From NCBI RefSeq assembly GCF_009914755.1, contig NC_060935.1: DNA of 64,000 nt; one strand, given 5' to 3'. Position 1 is the first letter of the stretch. Each line of letters opens with the position of its first letter. Positions 21,196-40,300 of the stretch are shown here, piece by piece. Under the pieces are notes generated by a model. That model was not told the origin of the DNA. It searched no databases and saw only the letters and a list, made by a program, of their open reading frames with translations. Origin of the DNA: the human T2T-CHM13v2.0 reference genome, Homo sapiens. Made by a program: the position numbers and the translations under genes.

Positions 21196-24100
21196 CAGCA
21201 CAATATATATATATATATGAGGATGTTCATTGAAAGAGTACACAGAAAATTTGAGAACCTATATTACCAAAAGGTAGAATGATTAAACTGTGCTTTGTCT
21301 AAGTAATTGTTTTGTCTAAACAATGGGATGAGATATAGATATATACACACCCACAGGAACTTTAAAAGCAATGATGTATAATACTGAATGGAAATATATC
21401 CATAGTACATTTAAAAAGTGAAATCCAAAAAATATATACTGAGTAGGAAGAAATGCACACAATAACTGTTGACCAAAACTATTTTCACTGGAAGGATTGA
21501 GACAATTTTTCTGTCTCAGTTACATTTTATTTTCATATCAATTTCACAAAGGAGAGAGTTGGGATTTTTAAAAAATAACTCAACATTTTCTTTTTTATCT
21601 CTAATCTCATGACAGATTAGGGATTTTTTTTTTTTTTTAACAAGAGAAAGAAAATTACAGCTGATTTTGAACGGTAAGTTTCTCTTCGGAGTAATTCATT
21701 GGTATTTTTCTCTGAACATAAACATCCCCACTTTAAAATCTACTTTTAAATCCTCTCAAATTCTTAGCCAGGCCTATGAGGATTTAAAAAGTTAAATAAA
21801 TGCTAGATAAATTAGACAATACTAATTTCAGTCAAGAATCTCAAAGGTAAAACCTTGGCTCAGATTTGATTTTGTCCCAATATATAGGGCATCTATCAAC
21901 AACCATCACTTAACATTTATAGACTCAGCCTACTTTACTTAATAAACATCTAAACTCTGTAAATAACTTGTCAACAGCATGCCAAACATTACCTTTCAAA
22001 GAATAATCTGTAATTTTTGGGTAAGAAAAATACAGCAGGGTATTTGCTTTTTGAGAAAAGTGAGTAATTTAGCCAGAAGTATCAAAATCACTAGTTAACA
22101 TTCATGGCTCAATTGGTTTTGCTACTCTACCTCCCATTAGGTCATCTCCCCTGTCTCTCCTCAAAATTGCTGAGTGGCATAGATCTTTCTAAAGGTTAAT
22201 TAAAATTGAGACTAAGAAATGTGTGCAATCATTTGAGACGCTCCAGCTATCAGGAAAGTCAAGAAATCAAGTTCATAAACCTCTGATCTAAAAAAAAAAA
22301 CAAAAAATGACATTAATTCCATACTGCACAGCCAGAATGGTAATCAAGTAGATTGCTGATTTGCTTCCCTCAAACGTCTAATATTAGTTTATTGCACATC
22401 AACTTATAGTCTTTTCTACCTTAATTTGCAGCTTTTATGAACTATCATCTTAATAAAAGTCCTTCCAGGCAAACTTAAAATATTAAACAATATAACTTCT
22501 CTAGTATTACTACAGGAACTTTATATATTGCTTTATAAAATATTATAATATCTAATCTCACTTTTGTTTGCTGAGTTAATCTTCCATTAGTCACATGACT
22601 TTTTTTTAATGTGCAGAGGGGAAGTTGTTCAGAAAACCATTTACTTAAAACTGTTTATAATTCATTCATCTCTTACTGTACTTCTCACTACATACAAATT
22701 GAAAACTGCTGTTTAAAAATATTAGCAATTGTATTATCACTGGACAAAAGCCTTTAGTCATTTCCTCTACTTGAGATATTCTAGTTCACTAATCAAGACA
22801 ATCTTTCCCATTTTGATAGAGATTCCTATCAGAATACTATTTCTCTTACTTAATTTTCAGTGTCATCCAATGAATTCACATTTTTTTCCATGTAACTTTC
22901 TTGTTGGCAATTTAATTCTAAGTACACATTTATTTATTCTATGAAATCAAGTATAACATTTATAGTAGATACCCAGTATCATGAGTAATGCTTCATTTAA
23001 CCTTTCTTAAAAATCACTTTCCAAAAACAGGATTAAACTTCCACAATGAAGTAGATACAAATTCAATGGATTGCTTTTCTGTATTTTTTAAGCAACTTGC
23101 CCACTCCTCTAGTTTTTACCTATTAGTAGAGAAGCATAATTTTAGAAATAGCCCATTTCCTCATTCTATAAAACTCACAGTATATTCCTCAGACTACTTT
23201 AGTTTTTATCAATACTGCTACTCCAATACTTTTAACTTTACATCAGAAATTATATTCTAATTCTATTCTGCAACTGTTTTTGATACCCTATCACTTTTTC
23301 CAAGAACATACAATCAACATTTGTATTATGACCCAATTCTAGCCTTCTCAATCCTATATGGATAGTTTATTTCTATTTTGTTGTTGAAGTGACCTAATTC
23401 CAAGTTCCTTTTTAGAAAATGCTTATCAAATAATCATCGTTTTCCCCAAAATTGTATATTTATTCAACCCTGTTTCTCTATTCTTGAACAAAGTACACAT
23501 TGGTCATATTTACTTAAATTCTGAAAGATTAAAAAATCATTACCCAGCTCAATTCAAAAGATCACACCAGCAACAGCAACCTTTGATAGTAAAATATGAA
23601 TTCTAAAAGGTCAATCTAAAGAAACAATTATGACTATGTAAAAATATTGAAATAAAATTGTATTCATGCAAGAGATTCTTATAAAACAAAAACTGGAAAC
23701 ACTGTAAATGATAATTAGGACTGGCTAAACAGCATGTATCTAGGATGTACTACTGTGCCACCATTAAAAGCGATTTTATAGACTAAATAACACAAAAATA
23801 TGCTACCATGTGGAAAAAACAAGCTACAAAAAGTTAAGGTTTTATAGACAGATCTGGAAAAGTTAACTGTGATTAAGTTATAGTTCAAAGGTAGTGGGAA
23901 TATGGTTTTTTTCTCCATTAGAGTTTTTTTCTTATAATAAACACATATATTACCCTTTTAAATAAGAAAAATGTTTTCCTTTTTGTAACAATCTTGACAA
24001 ACTCCACTTTCCCTCCCATCTCTCAGGTTTCAATCACTTGATATTACTTCATTATGCTTGCCTTTTAAAATTCAACCACTTAATTCCAAAAATATTATTT

Positions 24101-26172
24101 GTGCATGTATTTAGGTTAAGTGTATTTTCTCAGTAGTCCATCTAGGTATTATTCTGCTTACTCAGAAAACAAGCGAGTCAACATAATTTAAAAAATTCCA
24201 CAAAGGCATAACGTTTTTTATTTCACAGCACCTAGAACAAAGCCTAACATATAGCAGACATTCAATAATAATTGCTAAATAAATGTGGATAAAACTACCA
24301 GTTACTATTCACATATTCATTCAAAAATAGGTTTTAGATTATACTGTCTTAAATATCAAGGGAAATGAAAAATGTAAATGTATAACTTTTACAGAAAGGT
24401 CTTTATGAGTCCTATAATCCTTGTTAAAATATTGACTTAAAACCTCACTTCAATAAAAAGGTTTAGAAAGGGTGCTAAGTATAATACTATCAGTAAATTC
24501 AGACTAAAATGGAGGAATAATTGAAGCTCTAATATGGATTTTGAAAGTTAGATTTTTCACAGGATTTCGATCTTTCCGTGAGCACACCCAAATCAATTCC
24601 ATTTTCCATTACTTTTCTTGAATGAAAACATGATTTCTATTTGAAGCAAAAATGCTGTTTCAAATAGCCATGTAAAAGATGGGAAATTAGGAACTTTGGA
24701 GGTTTGAAAAGTAGACATAGCTAACCAATTAAGAAAAACAAAGAAAAAATTCAGGTAAATATTAAGTTCCAGGAGAATCAAGAAGATTTAGACGTGAATT
24801 TCTTTTTTCTAATGGGCATGTTCCAAAATTGAAATTTTGGCTCTATTTTAATGGCTTCAGTCTACGTACTTATCTCCAGAATATTTATAAAATTATTTCA
24901 TAAAATCTACTAGATTTTAAAACTTTTTCCTAACTTTATGAATTCCTGAGTGCATTTCTCCAAACACGGCCACATTTAAAGGCTTAACGAAAACATATCC
25001 TATTTTCTCTGGAATCTTATTTTATAGTTTGAAATGTTTGTATTTCATTTTACCTCCTCTAATTATATTTGTGATATTTTCCAAAGTGATGCCACCAAAA
25101 GTAAAGAATTAAGTTCAAATACTATATGGAAAGCTGCCATGAAGGCTTTAGTAGGCAAGAATGAAATGAAGATTATATTGATATTCCTGCTCTAAGAACA
25201 GACCCTTATGGTGCTGTCATTAAAATGTAAAGACAGTTGAAGGGAAAAAAACCTGAATGGCAAGCTCTGGGTTAAGGTGGTGATACTTTCACCAGCAAAT
25301 GAAGTCTGCAGTGGAAGGCTCCCCAAATCTAATAAACACATATGGCCATTCTTCCTAGTTGATTCTACTATACAGGTCTAATTTTGTCCATGACTACTAT
25401 AACAGGTCAGTAGAGATATCAGATTATCAAAAGCTGTGACATGTAAGAAATAAAAAAATTAAATTAACAACAACAACAAGTTTCCTAATGCTGTTTCTCA
25501 AAGAAACTGAGCTCCTGGCAGCCCTTTCCCAATCAATACCTAAACCTGAGGAAGGAAAGGAGAGCAGGCATAAAACCACTTTCTGTTCTCCCCATATCCC
25601 ATCATCCTACTGCAAAATGCACAGAAACAAGATATAAAATAATCTATGGATTAGCTTTCAAATTACTACAATTGAGATACATTGTTGGATAGCAAAGTGT
25701 GCATGTTGAAAACCAAATTCTATAAAGTATTTAATTAGCTCACCAATGGGAAAGAAAACTGGTTTTGAAATGTTTACTGTTAATAGAATATAATCCTTAT
25801 ATATAAACTCACTTCAAAAGGATCTGATTGTTGAAAGATGCCTTCATGATTTTGATATCTCTATATACATGACCTTATTATTCTCTATATACATGACCTT
25901 ATTGAAAATCTGTAATGTGAATCAAGATTTTTCTTCATAACTATTTCATAAGCAAATCAGTTTTCAGGAAAAAAATATATATGTACAAAACTATTTTCAT
26001 TATATAACAGTATGTGAGTCTCCTCATGTCTAATGTTGAGATGCAACATAAAAAGCTTAAAAAGATGAAAAAAATAATTTGCAAACATTAAGACTTAATT
26101 AAAATGGGAAATCAGAGATTTGGCCAACAGAAGAAATACTTAAGCACAAAACACACATTTGAAAGAAAATAT

Positions 26173-26495
26173 AGGCCGAGCATGGTGGCTCAAGCCTGTA
26201 ATCCTAGCACTTTGAGAGGCCAAGGCTGGTGGTTAGACTGAGTCCTGGAGTTCAAGACCAGCCTGAGCAACAGAGCAAGACCCTGTCTCTACAAAAAAAT
26301 ACAAAAATTAGCTGGGCATGGTGGCGTGCACCTGTAGTCCCAGCTACTTGAGGGGCTGAAGTGGGGGGATTGCTGGAGCCTAGGAGGTGGAGGCTGCACT
26401 AAGCCGTGATCACACACTGCACTCCAGCCTTGGCAACACAGTGATATCCTGTCTCAAAAAAAAAAAAAAAAAAGAAAAGAAAAAAGAAAAGAAAA
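26173..26495 (+). mobile_element. AluJ
   Basis: Full-length Alu with A/GAAAA tail. Confidence 0.9.
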
Positions 26496-26744
26496 GTATG
26501 TAAAACAGGTCAGTAAGAACATCAAAATAACAAAGGAAAGTATGTTCTTTTATCTCAGAACATATTTATCATTCCTTCCATTTCTGACAATGAGAAAAAC
26601 AGGTAAAGCAATAAATGTAACACATTATTTAAATGTTTTATCAAAATTATTTCAACTTCTAAATGGGAAATTGTGCTAACATTAAAAGTTTCCCTTAACT
26701 TCCCTAATGTGCTCTTGTAAAGATGAAAAAAAAAAACAAAAAAA

Positions 26745-27430
26745 TGGACTAGAGAGATTAGTTCTCAGAAAAAGAAATCCAAAGGGCTCTTAAAAATGAA
26801 AATATGCTCAATCTCATTCATAAGGGAAATGCAAATGAAAACCACACTGAGAGGACCATTTTTTACTTATAAGTACTGGCAAAAATTAAGATTATAAAAC
26901 ATTGTGTAAAGAGGATTTGGAAAAATGGGCCCTTTACAGGATTATCAATGGGATTTAAAACTATGACAACCTCTGTGGAAGAACATTAGGAAATAGAAAA
27001 TTCAAATAAACCCCATATACTCTTTGATCCAGCAATTCCATTTCTAGGAATTTAATCTACAAGAATATTTACACAAATGGAAATGATATGTACACAATTA
27101 CTGCAGTACCGTCTGTAATAATATATAAGACAGGGAAAAAACTTACATGTCCTTCAGTAGGAGACAAGTTAAAAGAAACATAGAATATTATGTACTTGTA
27201 GAAAAAGATTTCCAAAAGTTACTTTCTTAATAAAAAAAAGGTGCAAAACAAAATGTAATAGGTATTTATTAATGTAAAGGACAGAACACATGAATGTATG
27301 TGCATTAAACATCTCTAGATTCTGAACATTGTCTCTGAGGGGAACTGGTGCCTCAAGAACAGGGGTAGGTGACTTTTCACTGTAGGTTCCTTTTGTTATC
27401 TTCTGATTTTTGAACCTTATTTTAATATAT
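26745..27430 (+). mobile_element. L1ME-type 3' fragment
   Basis: agggaaatgcaaatgaaaaccacactgag; tttgatccagcaattccatttctaggaattta. Confidence 0.7.
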
Positions 27431-28319
27431 ACACATATACATATGTGTATACATATATGAATATAAATACACATATATATGGAATGTCTAGGTGACATAT
27501 AACTTTTGAGTTTTTACATTTAAACACATATCTATATTTTCATCAATTCTCAAAACCGTATTCCAAAAACCCCCAAAATGTTAAAATTTGCAAAAAATGT
27601 ACAAATAAAACACAATATGCGTTATGCATACAGAAATTAGATGTATAATATTGTCAAAACTATTTAACATTTTTTAATGTAAAGGATTACCTTTGCAGCC
27701 TCTAAACATAGTATAATTTAAGCATTTAAAAAAGAAAACTATCAACCTTAACACAAACTGGTAAAGTCCAGAGGCACTACCATAAAAATTTAGTTCATTT
27801 AGTTAATTTCCAAACCTAAAAAATGAATACTAATGAATGGAATTTGACACTGGCGTAACTCAAGATTATTAAAAATACTAATTTCCAACCAAGTCAAAGG
27901 GTTATTATAAACATTTAACAATAAAATTGAAGTGATATACTTGGGTAAAAATTTAACTGAAATTCAGCATTTAAGAAACTACTTGTTTAATGCCCAAACT
28001 GTAAACTTGTGGTACTAAACCAATCAAGTGAGATTTATAATTCTACTTATAATAAACATAAAAATAAAACTCATAATCATTTTTGCCCTGAAAAAAGTGA
28101 AGCTAAAAACAGACCACCAATTCAAATTCCAATAAGAGTCCTTTCACTTATGAAAACTTTCATTGGAACAGAGTGACTTTAGGCTAGGAAGCAAATATGA
28201 AGAGAAACCTGGATACTTAATAAATGAGCTTGTAATGTAATATATGTATTTAAGTTATACCTACAATTGGACATGTTCAAAAATGCATGCGTAACTTCCA
28301 CAATGGTATTTTATTAACA

Positions 28320-29545
28320 TGACTCTGGGTACAGAACTTTCAAGTTGACAGCTATTTTCTTTCAGCAAACTGAAGAGTCAATTCCACTGTCTTCTAGCTT
28401 CCCTTGTTGCTGTGAAGTTACCAACCTTACTGCCATTCCTTTGAAGGTCATTTATCTTTTTGTTTCCAACCATTTATGTGATTTAAGAAAAAAAACTTTA
28501 GTTTTCTATAGTTTCATCCTCATGTGTCCAGTTGTGAATTTTTAAAATTACTGCTTGGGATTCAATGAGCATCTTGAATCTGTTGAAGCCTTCAATCATT
28601 CTGGAAATTTCAGTATTTCTCTCTTCAAATTGTGCTTCCGCCCCATGTAGTTCCTCTACTTCTAGAACTTCAAGTAGACACATTTTCACACTATCAATTT
28701 GTGTCTCAGATATCCCTTTCATATTTTCCATCTAATTGGCTCTTTAAGCTCCATTCTGGATGCCTTCAGTTCTCCAATTCTCTCTTCACCTGTGTTATTA
28801 AGCTAATCTTATCTAAATTCTAGTTTCTGAAGTCTTTGGAGGTCTGTTTCTGATGTATGTGGTTTCCTTATATGCTTATTTTTAACAACTGATCTGTTCC
28901 TTTCCCTTCAAAGATTATTGTGGAAACTCTCTGAGGCGTAGGAAGAAGGTGCATTCCTCCAGAAAGGGTATGAATAAGCTATTACCACCTATTAGGGGTA
29001 TAATTCAGGCTGAGTCTACTTTACATACATGGCTTCAGTTTTTCTGAATCATTCTCAGGTGATGTTTATTCACACAAATCCACATAAAGAACATCTCAGG
29101 ATTCCCCCATTCTGCTCTACTCAGACGGACGCAACTTTTCTCAGTCCCTTACAGGTAGGAAGGTGGCATGGATTTACTTCTAGATCACTGTCATCCTGAG
29201 TGTAGCTTTTGGAGCACATAGTTTAAGGGGAAAGGATATCCCATTGGACACTGTACCTTGGGCAGGCCTTGGGTTTTGACTTTTGCTGCCTGAAGTCCTG
29301 AAGCGTTTAAAATTGAAGCTCAAGTCTTCCCAGTTTGGCAGTTGCTTTCAGGGCCAAAACAGTTTAGGCATTCTGCTTATCTCCTCGCGTTCCTTTTTTC
29401 TCCCTCCCCAGTCCATTAGGCTTTGACCTGGTAATTCCTTAGTGCTGTAAGTTCAATGTTAATAAGACATTCTTAAAATTCTACCTAGCAGCCTTAGCTG
29501 TTTTCAGTGAGAGAGCTAATCTGAGTAACCTAACTCACCATATTA
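28320..29545 (-). mobile_element. Old L1M 5'/ORF1 fragment
   Basis: ORF-track 28498..28731 (-) resembles a decayed L1 ORF1p segment. Flanks are pyrimidine-rich like antisense L1. Confidence 0.55.
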
Positions 29546-29716
29546 CCTGCTAGTCTCCTTCATAGTATTTTATTAATATCAAGCTTTCAAAAAGATTAGA
29601 AAAAAAATGTGTGCAAACTACCTTGAAAAGTAACTAAAAACTCTAAAATCCAATGTTCACTGAGGCACTAAATTCCAAAAGTAATCTATTAAAGAAGCCA
29701 GATCTGGTAAAAATCT

Positions 29717-37355
<7,639 letters not shown>

Positions 37356-40300
37356 ATTAAGGCTGAGGGGCTGTTCCACATTGAAGGAGACTAAGAGGAA
37401 TGACAATTATATAATGGCCTTGGATTAGATAATGAATCCGAAGAAATTTAAGAGTATTACCATGACAAAAGTATAACATAGACTGCAGATTATTCTACTA
37501 ATGTTACATTTCCTGAATTGCATCACTCAACTGTGTGTATGTATAAGAATCTTTGTTATTAGCAAACACATCAAAGCATTAAAGTTCATAATATATTCAA
37601 TGCAATCTCCTATAGTTCGGAAAAAAAAGATTCAGTAAAGCACTTATGTCAAGATGTTAAAAAGCAGTGCAAAATATATATGGGAGTTCTTTGCATTGTT
37701 CTTGCAACTTTTTTGTAAGTTCAAAGTAATTTCAAAATAAAGTTACAAATGCATTACAAAAATTGCTTAAATAACTGTCAGTTTGTAAACCCTAAAAGCA
37801 ATGCTCGTTATTCAACCAATACAAAGCAGATTAAACCATGTGATCTGCCGTGATTGGATCTTCAACTCTGATAACCTAAATAATCAAAGTTTTAAGCATT
37901 TTTTCACCTAATACCCAATACCATACCCCAAATACGGGAAGCACAAAACCTTCAAAAATTCTCTTCATACACGATAGCCAAAACCAAAGGAAATGGTGGA
38001 TGAGGGAACTAAAAGAAATGTACAAACACAGGAAACAAAGTTATTTTGCTGACAATCTTCCCTCCAATGACACTGCACTTCTGTAATACTTAGTAGTGTT
38101 GTCATTTTGGATATTTAAGTTTTATAAAATTTAGTCTAATGTAATTCTAAATATCATTAGTACTTGGATTCTTAACTACAGCTGAAAAGACCATTCTAAA
38201 ATTACCACTGGTGGATTTTTAGTCATCAAATTTGACTTTAAAACTGTCAAAAGCCATTAAGGAAGCATTTGAGTTTTCATTTTTTATAAGGATATGGGTT
38301 TAAAATGGTTGAGAAACACTACAGATCTTTCTAGTGAAAAGCTCAGAAATGGACTGAACCTGACTATAGTAAGTTAGAAATAACTGGTTATTTGTGAGAA
38401 AACATCCCATTCCCCACCACCCAGAAGAATGAGAAGTACCAGCACAACACTCAAGTTGCACTGAAATAAAAGGATGTTAGCTAAATAAACCAAAAATAAA
38501 TACCAAGATGTGGCACTCTTGTTCAAACTCTACACAGGGTACAAGTTAGCTGCAGTTAATTCTTTTAAGCCACATTCTTCAGCTTAGATGATTCTCCCGT
38601 AACACTTGAAGTGTCCTTAAAGGTTATCTGATTCTTAGTTTGGCACTCATGTGACTGTCTTTTTTAAAAAAGTTTATGCAACCAGAAAATCAGTTTTCAA
38701 ACCCAGGAATAAATTCAGTTAGTAAAAAAACGGTTACAGTTAAAACAGCGTAACCCTAACCCTGACCCTGACTGTGAATCTAACAGTTACAATATACTAA
38801 GCACATAGTAGATGCTTCAAAGATCACTCGATTATATACAAAAAGCAAGCCAGGAGACTAATCACTTTATTGTCCAGGCAAGTATAGGAAATATTCTGCA
38901 AACTATAAAATTTACTGACAGCAGTAAGATTCAATTACTGCCCTGCAAAGCCTCAATTCCCAAAACTAGCTGCCAGAAACACATACCATATGTCCATCCT
39001 CTAGAGATTGAGTCAGCAGTGCTGGTATGCTAACTGGGAAGCTTGTATGCTTTAAAAGCTTTCCAAGTGATTCTAAAGCAGTGAAGTTTGTAAACTTTGG
39101 CTCCAGGGATAACAATGTCTTGATTTAGTTTACTCACATATAAAATGAGGGGGCTAAACTAATTCATCTTCCAGCTCTAAAAATTTCTGACTTAAAACAT
39201 TATGTCCACTTCAACTATATGTAAAATGTACAGTAGTCATAGTCTGGTGAATGAAAAAATTTCCAGGGAAACCATCATCACAAAATAGCCAACCTTCTTT
39301 TTTCTTCAAATCCAGTATGAAAAGTTGCAGAATATGAATCTTAGGACAAAGGAAGACTTAAAACGTCAACAGTACATGCTAGAGCTGAAATGTTGCATTT
39401 AAATAAAAGGTTGTAACTGAACATGTTCTGTCACATGAATAGAAGTATTTAGATTTCATTTCAGAAAGACTAAAAACAGCTTTGGGATCTTGTTATCTTT
39501 GACCCTTACTACGGTGCAATGTACTATTTCAAAACTACATTTGAATCCTATCGCTGATGTCAATTTGTCTTTAGAACTATTGCTTAATTAACACTTGCAA
39601 ATAGAAAATTTTTCTTTGGAGGTCTAGCATACAAAATGGTAAAACTTACCCACATTATGCTTTCCTGAGTCTTAGAAAAGCAGCTGAGTTTCTCAAGAAG
39701 TTGTATTCAAAGCAAATATTCACAATTTTTTTTTCAAACTGTTGTGGATTCTGGTATGTGGGGGAAAAAAATCTAGATGCAGACTTCAACCTATTATGCC
39801 ATTATACAAACCAACTATTTGTTTTTTGCTACCAAGTTGCTAGGAGCAAACCGGTTTAATAATAAAATTTAAAGTTTAAAAATTCAGTAAAATTAAAGTA
39901 ATAAAATTGAAAGTAATAAGTTACAACTAATAAATGCATTGTCCACATTTATTTAGAGGTGCAACTTTTTACAGATGTCACTGGTAATATTTTAGACATC
40001 TTCATTTCCTGGAAGTGCCTTGAACCAGACTCATTCCAAAGGAATAGCTGTTTCAAAGCTGATGCGTTAAAGAAAATACAAACAATCCATTAGAAAATAT
40101 TTAAGCTTTTGACTTAAACTGGTCCTTTTGTTTTATAAAGGAAAGTCAATTGCCACCTGATTCCCCTGAGCTCAAGTTATAACCAAAAATGCTCAGCACT
40201 GTAAAAAGTCTCATGTGTTAGAATTAGTTTTATTTCCAAATATGGAGGTTTCTAGCTCTGTGATATTATGAGGGGCTTACATGTTTGTGTTGATTCATGG

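Noticed and set aside
38288-38295. U12-type donor-like ATATCCTT on the minus strand
   Set aside because: An 8-mer expected by chance in AT-rich 64 kb, with no matching exon or U12 branch site.
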